A program made the position numbers and the translations under genes. This document shows positions 29,459-40,600 of a DNA stretch of 64,000 nt, piece after piece (within the stretch, counting starts at the first letter, position 1; every line of letters begins with the position of its first letter). Under the pieces are notes generated by a model that saw only the letters and a list, made by a program, of their open reading frames with translations, was not told the origin of the DNA and did not search any database. The stretch lies in assembly GCA_020697715.1 (NCBI GenBank), contig JAEHCO010000004.1, positions 64,001 to 128,000 on the forward strand. Direction: 5' to 3'. This DNA is from Methanobacteriota archaeon (GTDB taxonomy: Archaea > Thermoplasmatota > Thermoplasmata > SG8-5 > JAGLSY01).

Positions 29459-31939
29459 TCACCAATTAACAGTCCAAATTGTCTGAGATGGCACTCTAAT
29501 CCAATACGCCTCGCCCTTCTTCAGCACATACGCATTGCTCATTTCCTGCAGTAGATATGTGCCGCCCTTGTCATAGCTCTCGACAATGGTCGCGCCAGTA
29601 TCCAGCTTCAGGTCACCAACATCATAGCCCGCATCATCATCATTGGCAGGATATCCAATAAGGTTCCATCCCGCCCTCAGTGTGATGGCAGTGGATGTCG
29701 GTCTCGTACCCGTGAATGTCAGGTTACCATCACCTGTATTCGTGATATGTATCCATAGACCATCCTCATGGTCTATGTTCGCCAGATCGCTCAGGGTCGG
29801 GGCTGCTGCAATATTGATCTTCCATTGATCATCCGCGTCAGCTGCATCGTATTTGTAAACAATATCCCAGGTAGTGAGACCATCGCCAGCGCTGTCATCA
29901 AGAACATTCGCGGTCGTGGTGTCCAAAGGTACCAGAGGTACTGAAATAAAATTCCAGCCAGCATAAACCTTGACATTTGCAGTTATCTGGGTGAAGTAAG
30001 CGGTGATCACCTTATTGGTATTCATCGTTATAGATACGGGATTGGTTGAGCCAGTTAGGCTACCTTCCCAGTGATCGAACTCGTATCCGGGAATTGGATT
30101 TGCGGTCAACTGAACTATCGTGCCAGAATTGTAAGATGATTGGTTCGGGTTCTTTGTAACCGAACCAGTTCCACCGGGTGATACCGAGACAGACAAAGTG
30201 TAAGTGATCGGTACAAAATGGGCCACAATGTTCTTGTCAGCACTCATTTTTATGACCACGGGGTTTGCGTCGCTATTAAGAGAGCCGGTCCATGATACGA
30301 ATTTCCAGCCATCCGAAGGAATAGCTGTCAGGGTAACTGGATCATCAAAATTGTAGTTACTGGAATTTGGATCCTTGGTGACCGAACCACTACCATCTAC
30401 GGAAACTGATAATGTGAATTTTTCAGGAATGTAATGTATCTCATGATTATCCGCGGCATTAGGATGACCAGATGTGGAGTATCCAGTTGCAGATTGGACA
30501 TTGGGCTCCTCCCATACAATATGTGTCTTCCACACACCATCTATATTAGGACCCATGACCACGGTCACATTGCTGACATCAGCTTTAGCTTCTGGATCTG
30601 GCCAGCTGACGACATTATCCTTTTCCATGCCAGTCCAGTATTCTGGGAGCGAGCCTTCTTCTGCCGAGGACATATGAACTTCCTTTGACAGGGTCTTGCT
30701 TTCATCATCCAATTCAGACCATACCACATTCACATCTCTGTGGCTCCCGACAGCGATGGACACATCACTTACAGGATTACCATCTGCGAAACTTACAGGC
30801 CAGTCATTTTCCACACCAAGCCATGATCCCGGATCACCATTCTTGCCTATGGATCCCGAATAGTATATCTCAAGTGCCAGGCCGTCCTTGACCGTCCCCT
30901 GGCTCCATACAACATGAACATCATCACCATAGGCCGTCATATCAATTGACCTGATCACAGGCATTTCTTCTCCACGACGACTTATGAAAGATTCATATTC
31001 CCAGCCCTCCTGACCAAAGGATGGAGAACGTGCGTACATGATCTCATTGGCTCCAGTTGCCTCATCGACCTGAAACCATGCCACATGGACAAAGCGACCA
31101 TCTACTCCACTGGTCGCTATAACAGGATCATAGGCAAAGTCCCTTGAATCCGAACTGCTGATCATCATATCACCTTGAGCAGCTCCAGACCAGGTATTGC
31201 CACCATCTACAGATTGTGAATAAAAGATCTCCTGTCCATCGCCTTTGTTATTCATCTCGGACCATGTCGCGTGGATAATATCGCTTTTGCCATCTTCAGA
31301 TAGACTCATGGCTATAGTTGGTTCGGACACAGCAGGTGCATCTCCCTCGCCCCTTCTATCACTAACTGGGATGTCAATAGGTATCCATGACAGGCCATTG
31401 TCCTCTGAACGTGTGTAAAGAACTTCCCAGGTATTGTCCTGATACAGCTCGGACCAGATAACATGAATATGGCCATTAGAATCAATGGTCAAACTGGGAT
31501 CCACTGCATCTCCAGCCATAGCCTCAAAGGGCATATCTCCGCCAGATGAACCCGATTTATCTATCTGGCTAATAATGCGATCATCTTCGAAGTCCTCATC
31601 ATTCGACCATTCCGATCCATGAGATTCGGGCAATGACATCGAATAGTGGATCTCGCTCAAGCCAGTATCTCGATTGATCTCATACCACACTGCATGGACC
31701 GAGCCAGCAAATTTATTATCTCTGGTCGCGGGAGTTTCAGGTGTTATCTCAATGTCGGGGTTGATAGCATAATAATTATCATCGAAGGATATGATGAAAT
31801 CCCCATCCACCTGAACATTGATCTCATCAGAAGGAGCGGATCCCCACACAAGGCCAATACCAGAAATAAGCATTATGGACAAAGCTAAAGTTACCAATTT
31901 CCTACTACTGATTCCCATCGTATTATCTTCATCCCACAT
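29459..31939 (-). CDS. Secreted protein: BNR/Asp-box propeller + two InlB-B-like repeats + shared C-terminal GWN domain
   Basis: HVxW...YxxSxDxGxxW repeats; VTLTAIPSDGWKFVSWTG; GWNFISVP, AGWNLIGYP. Confidence 0.85.
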   Translation of the reverse strand: MWDEDNTMGISSRKLVTLALSIMLISGIGLVWGSAPSDEINVQVDGDFIISFDDNYYAINPDIEITPETPATRDNKFAGSVHAVWYEINRDTGLSEIHYSMSLPESHGSEWSNDEDFEDDRIISQIDKSGSSGGDMPFEAMAGDAVDPSLTIDSNGHIHVIWSELYQDNTWEVLYTRSEDNGLSWIPIDIPVSDRRGEGDAPAVSEPTIAMSLSEDGKSDIIHATWSEMNNKGDGQEIFYSQSVDGGNTWSGAAQGDMMISSSDSRDFAYDPVIATSGVDGRFVHVAWFQVDEATGANEIMYARSPSFGQEGWEYESFISRRGEEMPVIRSIDMTAYGDDVHVVWSQGTVKDGLALEIYYSGSIGKNGDPGSWLGVENDWPVSFADGNPVSDVSIAVGSHRDVNVVWSELDDESKTLSKEVHMSSAEEGSLPEYWTGMEKDNVVSWPDPEAKADVSNVTVVMGPNIDGVWKTHIVWEEPNVQSATGYSTSGHPNAADNHEIHYIPEKFTLSVSVDGSGSVTKDPNSSNYNFDDPVTLTAIPSDGWKFVSWTGSLNSDANPVVIKMSADKNIVAHFVPITYTLSVSVSPGGTGSVTKNPNQSSYNSGTIVQLTANPIPGYEFDHWEGSLTGSTNPVSITMNTNKVITAYFTQITANVKVYAGWNFISVPLVPLDTTTANVLDDSAGDGLTTWDIVYKYDAADADDQWKINIAAAPTLSDLANIDHEDGLWIHITNTGDGNLTFTGTRPTSTAITLRAGWNLIGYPANDDDAGYDVGDLKLDTGATIVESYDKGGTYLLQEMSNAYVLKKGEAYWIRVPSQTIWTVNW

Positions 31940-32038
31940 TTGACCGACCTCAAATCCGATAAAACACATCAGTTCTCAAAGGTTATAAACCTTTGCGCGT
32001 AAAGGCTGATAATTTGTTAATGTTCACTATGGCTTTGA

Positions 32039-34126
32039 TTACCAATCAATAGTCCATGAAACATCAGAACTGACCTTGATCCAATATGCTTCACCACGTT
32101 TCATGACATATGAGTCTGCCAGACTCTGGAGCAAGTATGTACCTCCAGAGTCGTATCCCTCAACTGTCTGAACACCTGTTACATTGGCCTTAAGGTCAGC
32201 AATGTTGTAGGCTGAATCATTCTGGGCAGGATAACCGACCAGATTCCAACCAGCTTTCAAGTTGATGATAGTTGATGTTGGATAGTCCCCCGCAAAGGAC
32301 AGATTGCCATCACCCAGGCTAGTTATCTTTATCCAAAAGCCCATGGAATGGTCGATCGTGGAAAGATCGGCCAGACCGGATATCGCATTATTGTAGAATT
32401 TCCAGGGGTCCGCCGCATCAGTTGCATCATACCAGTACACGTCGCTCCAGGTTGTCGCACTGTCACCCCAAGAATCGTCCAGTACTGTGGTTATGGTCTC
32501 ATCGTTCTGAACAAGAGGCACTGAAATAAAATTCCAACCAGTACTGGCTATCGGAATATTGTATGTTGTCTCGGGAATATAATGTATCTCATGATTATCG
32601 GCAGCCATGGTGGTGGTTCCACCCCGGGTATTATCAACAGTCGATAGGACATTCAACTCATTCCATATCACCTGAGTTTTCCATTCTCCATCGATATTGG
32701 CCATACTGATCGAAGGAGAATAGGCATTGGCAAGCTCCAATGGGTCTGGAAAACTTATCACATTATCCTCCATAACTCCTGTCCACGGACTGGCACCAAA
32801 TGCATCAGGGGTCATGGAATAATGTATCTCCGTAGAGCCTAAAGGACTGAGGTCATCAGTCTCGGTCCATACAACATGAACTTCGGTTCCTCCAGAGCCC
32901 GGAGAGGTTGTTATCACTGGATCCATGACCGGGTTGCCATCAGGAGAGCTTATCATACGCTGTTCCAACTGACTGGTCCATGATCCACCATTATCCTCCG
33001 AGCCTCCATAATATATCTCGGATTGCATGGTCGTGCTATCCATATCCCATACTGCGTGTACATTATCACCATAGGCATCGACCCTGGCAGTGAAGGCATA
33101 ATGGTCCAGAGCAGGCATATTGATCAAACGCGGTGGTTCCCAATTATCACCACTATCCATTGACCTTACATAGAAGATGCCAGTTCCCCAGCCAGGTAAT
33201 ATTTCGACATCCTGGGTCCAGATAACATGTAATATTTTATTATCCTGACCTCCCGAAGCCAGATCGACCATATTGGCGCTTTCCATGGAGAAGGGGTCAC
33301 TGATGACACGATCCCCGTCCATCGCTCCAGACCAGGTCTGGCCATCGTCCAGGGAACGAGAGTACATGGCCCTCATCGCTTCTCCATTAACTAGCTCACT
33401 CCATGTTACATGAATGATCGTAGGATTACTGCTGACTACCACTCTTGGCGAATTTATCCAGAATGAATCCAATCCAAAGCCGGCCCTGTAACTTACCAAG
33501 GTCTCGCTCTCACCATCATAACCAGACCAGGTCTGGCCATTGTCAGTGGATCGAGAATAATGCACTTCCCATGTGAAATCAGGATAGCTCTGGGACCAGA
33601 CGACGTGGATAGTGCCCTGAGCATCAATTGTAATGGATGGATAGTATGCATCTCCCTCTATAGAAGTGCTCTCTGCAGAATTACTGAGAATTGTATCATT
33701 CTCACTGGCCTCATCATTACTCCACTCAATGCCTTTCTGGTTTGCATCGGACATTGAATAATGGATCTCGGAATAAGGAATATCACCGACCTCATTATTG
33801 AGTTCCATCCAAACACAGTGAATGGACCCCTCCCAGGGACTTCCTGGTGGTGCCACAGCGATATCCGGCATCTCTGCATCTTGTGTTCCTGGCTCATCAT
33901 AGCTGATTACGAAATCACCATAACCAGACCAATCTGCTGGCGGAATTGGTACGGGTTCGGATGTGGGTTCAGGGATCGGTGTATTGGCAAGAAGCTCATT
34001 GGTATCAGACACCTCGAATGTGGTCGATGGCCCAACTACACTCAGGCACAAAGCCAGTACTGTAAATATTATCAATAATGGACTGGTATTTTTTGATATT
34101 GTTTTTATCAGATCACCTAATATCAT
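32039..34126 (-). CDS. Secreted BNR/Asp-box propeller protein, tandem paralog of the previous gene
   Basis: SRSTDNGQTW repeats; shared AADNHEIHYIPE junction; GWNFISVP, AGWNLVGYP. Confidence 0.85.
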   Translation of the reverse strand: MILGDLIKTISKNTSPLLIIFTVLALCLSVVGPSTTFEVSDTNELLANTPIPEPTSEPVPIPPADWSGYGDFVISYDEPGTQDAEMPDIAVAPPGSPWEGSIHCVWMELNNEVGDIPYSEIHYSMSDANQKGIEWSNDEASENDTILSNSAESTSIEGDAYYPSITIDAQGTIHVVWSQSYPDFTWEVHYSRSTDNGQTWSGYDGESETLVSYRAGFGLDSFWINSPRVVVSSNPTIIHVTWSELVNGEAMRAMYSRSLDDGQTWSGAMDGDRVISDPFSMESANMVDLASGGQDNKILHVIWTQDVEILPGWGTGIFYVRSMDSGDNWEPPRLINMPALDHYAFTARVDAYGDNVHAVWDMDSTTMQSEIYYGGSEDNGGSWTSQLEQRMISSPDGNPVMDPVITTSPGSGGTEVHVVWTETDDLSPLGSTEIHYSMTPDAFGASPWTGVMEDNVISFPDPLELANAYSPSISMANIDGEWKTQVIWNELNVLSTVDNTRGGTTTMAADNHEIHYIPETTYNIPIASTGWNFISVPLVQNDETITTVLDDSWGDSATTWSDVYWYDATDAADPWKFYNNAISGLADLSTIDHSMGFWIKITSLGDGNLSFAGDYPTSTIINLKAGWNLVGYPAQNDSAYNIADLKANVTGVQTVEGYDSGGTYLLQSLADSYVMKRGEAYWIKVSSDVSWTIDW

Positions 34127-34226
34127 CTTCTCACCCAACTATAATGTTAATGCATAACAAGTCATAAATAATTTGTTACATCGAATATGAAAATGAATCA
34201 TGTGACAGGTATATAGATGCTGGATT

Positions 34227-37154
34227 TCATAGTTCATCAAGCTTCTGAACTATCTTATCTATCATATTGGCCGTACCCAATTCCTTGAAAATGGAAAGAG
34301 CCAGCTCAAGTCGCTCTCTGGCTGCGGTATTATCTCCTTTGCTCATCTGCGCTATTCCATAGGCATAATATGCCTCAGCCTGCCTGATAGGGTCGTCGAT
34401 CTCACTGCTTACGCCTATTCCCTTGTCAAAGAGCTCGAAAGCGACATCCCATTGACCTTTTCTTGACATGACATTGCCTTTTATCCAAAATACATGGGCC
34501 AGGATATCCTTGAACTCATGCTCTTCTGCCAATTCTATGGCATTATCACAATGGGCAAGCGCCTCCTCAAGTTGCCCAAGCTCGATCTCGCTTTCTCCCA
34601 GGTTGCTGAAGGCCCTGGCAATTCCCCAGGTATCACCTATCGCTTTCACAACTCCAAGGTATTTGACAAAATATTCCTTCGCAGTCTCATAATCGCCCAT
34701 CTGGACATAGATAGAGCCCAGATTATTGTAGGCATTGGCAATTCCACTCAAGTCTCCGATCTTCAATCGGATCTCCAGACTCTTTTTGTAACTCGATATG
34801 GAAGTCTCCATATCGCCCTTCACTTTCTGAATTATACCAATATTATTGTAGGCCATGGCCATTCCGCGAATGTCACCCAGCTTCTTTTTTATTCCAAGGC
34901 ATCTCTCATAATGCTCCATTGCCTCGGTCGTCTTCCCCATCTTATCATGCGCGACACCGAGATTGTTCAATGCATACGCAATGCCCTGCTCATCCTCGGC
35001 CAATTCCATATTTAGAAGTGATGATAACCACATGTCCACGGTCTTGGAATAATCGCTCTTGTGATAATAGACCCCTCCAAGATTGAGATAGGCCTGGCCG
35101 ATCTCCTTATGATCGTCCATTTCTTTGCTGACATTGAGATAATTCTCCTGATATTCTAGAGAAAGGTCGTATTCCCCCTTTCTCAAATACACCTTGCCGA
35201 GACCACCATATGAACCAGCCAGCAAGAGTTCATCCCCGGCCTCTTTGGCCTGCTGGATCGCACTCTCAAAACTCTCGATGGACAGGTCATATTCGCCCTT
35301 GCTGAGATATATGGACCCCAATCCTTTATCGATGCTGGCAATCATAGAGCACTCGGTACAGGCTTCGCGTGCTTTTTGGGACGACATTATCGCCTCATCA
35401 TACATGCCATTCAATTCATAAAGGCTGGTAAGAGTGATATTGACATCCAGTAATCGGTTATTTCTCATTCCGCTAATACTTATCAAGCGGGATGCGTCCT
35501 CATAAAAGACAGCCGCTTCCTTCGGAGCATAGTTATTCGCAGCCTTTTCTCCGGCCTCGATCGAATAATCAATGCCTTTTTCATACTCGCTAGTTCGGGC
35601 AAAATGCCTGGCTAACTTGAATAAAACGCTGTCAATATCATATTCATACAGGAATTCGATGGTATGTCCAGCTGTCCTATGCAGGACATTATGCCATCTC
35701 TGGCTCAGGCCGGAATATATGGCTTCCTGGACCATCCCATGCCGGAAGTTGTATTCTCCATCCTCATTGGTGGAAAGTAGCTCTTTCTCGCACAGCATGT
35801 CGAGGATAACTTTGACCCTCTGGGCATCCATTTCCACGCCCATGCTTATCACCTGAGGATCGAATACAGTTCCCAGCACCGAAGCGAATTCGATCACATG
35901 GATGGTATCCAGGCTCATGGATTCCAATTGCCTGGAAACAATATCTGCGGCTGATGAGGGGATCAATTCCGCCTGCTCGCTCTTGAATATCCAAAGGCCA
36001 TCTTCCTCGAATATTATCTTCTGTGCCAGCATTGTTCTTAGAACCTCTATCGTGAAGAAAGGATTGCCACCGATCTCTTTGTGGACCATCTCTACCAGGC
36101 CATCTGGAATATCAGATCCACCGAGAATTCCAGATATAAGAGAACGAGTATCATCAAAAGATAGACTATCCAATATGATCTCCTCGATGATAGATTCTGT
36201 CTTCATGGCATCGATGACTTCGGCGAGCATATCGGGCATATTATCTGGCTCATAGGTACAGCATATCATGATCCGGTCATCACGGAGATTTCTCGAGAGA
36301 TAGGGAATTGCCTGTAAAGTTGTCTCGTCAGCAAGATGAATGTCCTCCAGTACAAGCAGAAGACCATTCTCCGCCTTGCTTTCCAGAACCTCCTGTATCT
36401 TCATCTGGGTTGCCAATCGTTCTGCCTCTATGTTCATGGATTCCAGGGTCTTCCGAACAGGATATTTATTCTTCATCAGCCTGCCCAGCACTTCACCTGT
36501 ACCACTCACACTATCCAGATCGCCATCCCAATCGCGCAGGATGTCACTGAACTCGGATTCCACAGCATCCAGTATCCTGTTCAGATCGCCCTTCATACGA
36601 GGATGTTCCTCCCCAGAGACAACACCTGCAAGGAACACGAAATCACCGTGTTCCAGCAATACTTTTTTATTCCTGTATTCCAGCCTACCCAGACCACCAT
36701 CGATGGTCGGCATTTCACCATCACCAAAAGAGTCTTTGACAAAATCCTGAACAGCTGTCAGCATGGAGCTGAGAATGTCCTCATCAACACTTTCATCCTC
36801 GGAACTGGATAGATGAGTTATGAGAAGTCCCACTCGGCTTATCAAGAAAAGCTCATCGAAAGAAGTATGATCCTCAAGGCTGAGAGCTTGAGTATCACCA
36901 AGCGAGGCCAGTGCTTTCCTGAAGGGATTGTAAGGTTCGGAGCCTTCAGTTGAGGTCGCATGGCCGATGGAAATGACAGCATTTGCGGAACTGGCCTCAT
37001 CCAAGATGATCTGCGCCAGGGTCGATTTACCAGACCCTGCTTCGCCTCCAATAAGAACAGTCTGGCCGCTACCTTTCAATGACTGTTCCAGGCTTGAGCG
37101 AAGACTGGCCAGCTCCTTTTCTCTTCCAATTATATCTATGGTAGCTTCCACCAT
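34227..37154 (-). CDS. STAND-type AAA ATPase with inserted longin/roadblock-like domain and C-terminal TPR repeats
   Basis: IIGREKEL, GEAGSGKS, LLVLEDIHLAD, GGNPFF, FRHGMVQEAIY; many AYNNLG-type TPRs. Confidence 0.9.
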   Translation of the reverse strand: MVEATIDIIGREKELASLRSSLEQSLKGSGQTVLIGGEAGSGKSTLAQIILDEASSANAVISIGHATSTEGSEPYNPFRKALASLGDTQALSLEDHTSFDELFLISRVGLLITHLSSSEDESVDEDILSSMLTAVQDFVKDSFGDGEMPTIDGGLGRLEYRNKKVLLEHGDFVFLAGVVSGEEHPRMKGDLNRILDAVESEFSDILRDWDGDLDSVSGTGEVLGRLMKNKYPVRKTLESMNIEAERLATQMKIQEVLESKAENGLLLVLEDIHLADETTLQAIPYLSRNLRDDRIMICCTYEPDNMPDMLAEVIDAMKTESIIEEIILDSLSFDDTRSLISGILGGSDIPDGLVEMVHKEIGGNPFFTIEVLRTMLAQKIIFEEDGLWIFKSEQAELIPSSAADIVSRQLESMSLDTIHVIEFASVLGTVFDPQVISMGVEMDAQRVKVILDMLCEKELLSTNEDGEYNFRHGMVQEAIYSGLSQRWHNVLHRTAGHTIEFLYEYDIDSVLFKLARHFARTSEYEKGIDYSIEAGEKAANNYAPKEAAVFYEDASRLISISGMRNNRLLDVNITLTSLYELNGMYDEAIMSSQKAREACTECSMIASIDKGLGSIYLSKGEYDLSIESFESAIQQAKEAGDELLLAGSYGGLGKVYLRKGEYDLSLEYQENYLNVSKEMDDHKEIGQAYLNLGGVYYHKSDYSKTVDMWLSSLLNMELAEDEQGIAYALNNLGVAHDKMGKTTEAMEHYERCLGIKKKLGDIRGMAMAYNNIGIIQKVKGDMETSISSYKKSLEIRLKIGDLSGIANAYNNLGSIYVQMGDYETAKEYFVKYLGVVKAIGDTWGIARAFSNLGESEIELGQLEEALAHCDNAIELAEEHEFKDILAHVFWIKGNVMSRKGQWDVAFELFDKGIGVSSEIDDPIRQAEAYYAYGIAQMSKGDNTAARERLELALSIFKELGTANMIDKIVQKLDEL

Positions 37155-37277
37155 TGTACCTGAATATACTTCGTGATATTTAGGTTTGTACATCATTATA
37201 CATACACTATTCCCGACATTCTTTCACAAAAAAGTGTACAACAATGCATATATACACGAAATTACAATTGAGTTAAT

Positions 37278-37601
37278 GTGGTGAAGATGAGAGAATCCAA
37301 GAAATATTTGATGTTGATACCTTTGAAATTCGGACTGGCACTTGGGATGGTGTCAATGTTCTGGTTTGTGTTCTTCAGCTATCTGGAATACGGGTCTGGC
37401 ATGACCAGTGTGATCCATAATGAGCTGCCTTATTTTTCAGTCCTGATGGGGATTATACTAAGTCTGAACTGTCTCGTGGAGATGGTATTTAATTATCTGG
37501 ACAAGAGCTCGTCAGAGATATCATTGGAAAGGTATACTATCAGGCGTGGAGGACTGGCATTGACAAGCCATGCCCCAGTGCCGATACTCATTGATGAATA
37601 A
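37278..37601 (+). CDS. Small 2-TM hypothetical protein
   Basis: Two hydrophobic helices; TATA upstream. Confidence 0.5.
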   Translation: MVKMRESKKYLMLIPLKFGLALGMVSMFWFVFFSYLEYGSGMTSVIHNELPYFSVLMGIILSLNCLVEMVFNYLDKSSSEISLERYTIRRGGLALTSHAPVPILIDE

Positions 37602-37717
37602 GTTATTTCAAAAACATAGCATCTGTGTTGTTCCAGCTTTAGCCAGAGTTCATCCAGTCCAATATGTTTCGGCACACCAAATCGCAAAGCTTTATCTTAT
37701 GGCAATGGATTCCAGAT

Positions 37718-38662
37718 ATGATGTCTGAAGGACCCTGCATATCTGATGAAGCTCTGGAGGAGAAGGATAAGTGCAATCGCACATCCATTATCCTGAATGC
37801 TCTTCTTTTCATATCAAAGTTCATCATCGGCATATTATCCATGTCAATGTCGATCCTATCAGATGCGATTGACAGTGGTATCGATGTCATCACCTCGGCG
37901 ATGGCCAGATATTCAGTTCAGAAGGCGCATGAACCCGCGGACGAGGATCATAGTTATGGCCATGGGAAATACGAGAATTTATCTGGTCTCATTCAGGCGA
38001 TCATCATTGTATTGATCGCCATTGGCATCATCCTGGAAGCCATAAGGAGGATCATCACTGGCGTGGTCCTTGAAAGCCTTGATCTTGGCATAGTGATCAT
38101 GCTGGTCTCTATCGTGGTCAAGTTCGGCCTGTCGGGAAAGATGCTGGGTATCGCCAAAAAGCATGATTCTGTGGCCATGGAGGCAAATGCATACAATCTG
38201 AGAGCGGATGTATGGATGTCATTCGGTGTATTGGCATCACTGGCCATCATCAAGTTCGGTGAACCCTATTTGAACAATATCGAGTATATCGATCCAGTAT
38301 TGGCGATCATCATCGGCATCATGATAATGAGATCTGCCTTTGACATAGGGAAGAGGTCCAGCCAGGATCTTTTAGATGCTCAACTTCCAGAAGATGAATT
38401 GAAGGTCGTCAAGGAGATCATGACAAAGCATGAGACTGACCTGCTGGACTATCACAGGTTCAGAGCCAGGAAGTCTGGCAATGAGAGACATATAGACATG
38501 CACATCGTTGTTCCGAAAGATATCAGCATACTGGATGCCCATAAGATAACAGATGACATTGAGGCCGAGATAAAAGAAAAGGTGGAGAATGTCTCCGTGG
38601 TCATCCATGTCGACCCATGCGAAGGGAATTGCACAGCATGCGATAAGAAGGATGATAAATAA
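37718..38662 (+). CDS. Cation diffusion facilitator (FieF-like)
   Basis: SDAIDSGID, PADEDHSYGHGKYE, IDMHIVV, IHVDP. Confidence 0.93.
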   Translation: MMSEGPCISDEALEEKDKCNRTSIILNALLFISKFIIGILSMSMSILSDAIDSGIDVITSAMARYSVQKAHEPADEDHSYGHGKYENLSGLIQAIIIVLIAIGIILEAIRRIITGVVLESLDLGIVIMLVSIVVKFGLSGKMLGIAKKHDSVAMEANAYNLRADVWMSFGVLASLAIIKFGEPYLNNIEYIDPVLAIIIGIMIMRSAFDIGKRSSQDLLDAQLPEDELKVVKEIMTKHETDLLDYHRFRARKSGNERHIDMHIVVPKDISILDAHKITDDIEAEIKEKVENVSVVIHVDPCEGNCTACDKKDDK

Positions 38663-38679
38663 GCATTAAAATTAAAGGG

Positions 38680-39264
38680 TTAATTCACAGCCTGGCTCGA
38701 TCTATCTCTCACCCTGCCATTTATACAAACAAATCTCATATCGGATCTTGGTCTGGAATCAACTGGCGGAGATATTGCAGGCGCAGCTGAAGCCTCGGGA
38801 CCCGGTTTTTCACACGCCCCATAGCTACCATCGGGTATGATGACGCGGATCTTTCTCTTCACATACACTGGCCTCACCCGGATAATTTTCTTTGCAGAAC
38901 TCTTTCTGACCCGGTGGTCCACATTTATCGAAGGGCGTATCTTCGATATGGTGATCTTCAGAAGCAGCATGATCCCGATAAAGATCATGCTGGCAATAAG
39001 TACCGCACGCCAGTCATTGGCGATCTGGGGTATGTCCATCTTCTGTTTTTCAAGGTCCAGAAGATTTCCATCGGTCTGTGTGGCTGTGGCATCATCACTT
39101 GTTTCGGATATACCAGTATCCGGAACTGATCCGGTATCACTTGTATCCATACCTATGCGTGTGGATGAATCGGCCTCCTCAGCACCTGTGCCAGAAATTA
39201 ATAAAGTGAATAATATAATTAAGGTACATATATAAATGACATTCTTTTTTGATGATCGCACCAT
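38680..39264 (-). CDS. Hypothetical membrane protein
   Basis: Signal peptide, acidic S/T segment, TM helix, basic tail. Confidence 0.5.
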   Translation of the reverse strand: MVRSSKKNVIYICTLIILFTLLISGTGAEEADSSTRIGMDTSDTGSVPDTGISETSDDATATQTDGNLLDLEKQKMDIPQIANDWRAVLIASMIFIGIMLLLKITISKIRPSINVDHRVRKSSAKKIIRVRPVYVKRKIRVIIPDGSYGACEKPGPEASAAPAISPPVDSRPRSDMRFVCINGRVRDRSSQAVN

Positions 39265-39393
39265 GTAATAAATGATATGGCCAGGAGCCTATAAATAATT
39301 TGTCCAATCATTATCATAATTTATAAAATTATAATGAAATGAACTTGAAAGTATTATGAAAAACTAGAGACCAGACCGATTTCAACGGCCTGG

Positions 39394-39804
39394 TTAAGCT
39401 ACGAAAAGCTTGACCTCCACCACCTTCTTTGCAGAGCCCATCTCGAAGACCATTTCCTTGACCTTCTCCGCCATGCCAGCAAATATCAGTATATCACAAC
39501 AACTTTCCGAACTTTCGCGAAAATCCGTGTGCATGAAAGATTTGATGATATCCATGTTCTTGTGGCGGATCTCGGAGACCTCTGGCTCGGCCGCGTGATC
39601 ATACAGGGCGATGATGATGCCTTCCACTCTACCGGACATCTTATCGGTATCCATCTTGGATCTCGTGAAAAGATGGATCGCATCCCGTATCAACTCAGAA
39701 CGATTGGAATAGCCCATGTCCACAACAAGATCCTCAATATCGCGAGCTTGCTGGCCAGGTACACTGAATGATAATATCTCGGTATCCTTGCCCTTGGCGG
39801 TCAT
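39394..39804 (-). CDS. NikR-family ribbon-helix-helix metalloregulator
   Basis: LSFSVP...MGYSNRSELIRDAI; GIIIALYDH; ACT-like C-terminal domain. Confidence 0.85.
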   Translation of the reverse strand: MTAKGKDTEILSFSVPGQQARDIEDLVVDMGYSNRSELIRDAIHLFTRSKMDTDKMSGRVEGIIIALYDHAAEPEVSEIRHKNMDIIKSFMHTDFRESSESCCDILIFAGMAEKVKEMVFEMGSAKKVVEVKLFVA

Positions 39805-40565
39805 TAATGCATCCCACCATGAGACATGAACTTAACCAGCCACATGAGGAAAATACCCAGTAGGAAAGTGATGAAAGCCATGATGGTCCTCCATTTCCTA
39901 TGCTCCTTGTGAAGCTCGGGTACGAGATCACTGGCTGCGATGTAAATGAAACCTCCAGCGGCTATTGGAAGAATATAATGCTGGAATTCACCCATCTCCG
40001 GTATCAGGAAATAACCAAGAACTCCGCCCAGCAATGCTGTAAGGGCGGATATGAAATTGAACAAGAGAGCTTTTTTCTTGGCTAGACCTCCATATACCAG
40101 CACACCAAAATCTCCGATCTCTTGCGGTATTTCGTGAACAGATACCGCAATGGTCGCGATAATACCCAATTCCACGCTTGTGAGAAAGCTGGCTGCTATT
40201 ATCAACCCATCAATGAAATTATGAATACCATCACCGAAAAGATTGATATAGGCGAAGGTGTGGATCTTGCAATCCTTCTCATGGCAGTGCCTCCAGAGAA
40301 GTTTTTCCAGAATGAAGAATACCACAAAACCTACGAGGACCATCAGGAACATATTGTCCACACCCAGACCTTCTTCGAATTCATGAAGGGCCTCGGGAAT
40401 CAGATGAAGGAATGCACCACCCAATAGTGTTCCAGCAGATAATCCTACAAGACCCAGCAGGATCTTTTTCAATAATTTATCAGATAATGAGATGGTCAGT
40501 ACTCCGACAAGAGAGAACAGGCTCATCAAGAAGGTGGCCAGCAGGATCCATGATAGAACAGACAT
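39804..40565 (-). CDS. ZIP family metal transporter
   Basis: FLHLIPEA, GDGIHNFIDG, HEIPQEIGDF, DLVPEL. Confidence 0.95.
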   Translation of the reverse strand: MSVLSWILLATFLMSLFSLVGVLTISLSDKLLKKILLGLVGLSAGTLLGGAFLHLIPEALHEFEEGLGVDNMFLMVLVGFVVFFILEKLLWRHCHEKDCKIHTFAYINLFGDGIHNFIDGLIIAASFLTSVELGIIATIAVSVHEIPQEIGDFGVLVYGGLAKKKALLFNFISALTALLGGVLGYFLIPEMGEFQHYILPIAAGGFIYIAASDLVPELHKEHRKWRTIMAFITFLLGIFLMWLVKFMSHGGMH

Positions 40566-40600
40566 TTTTATTCCTCATACAGTCTAAGGAAGACAGAGTA

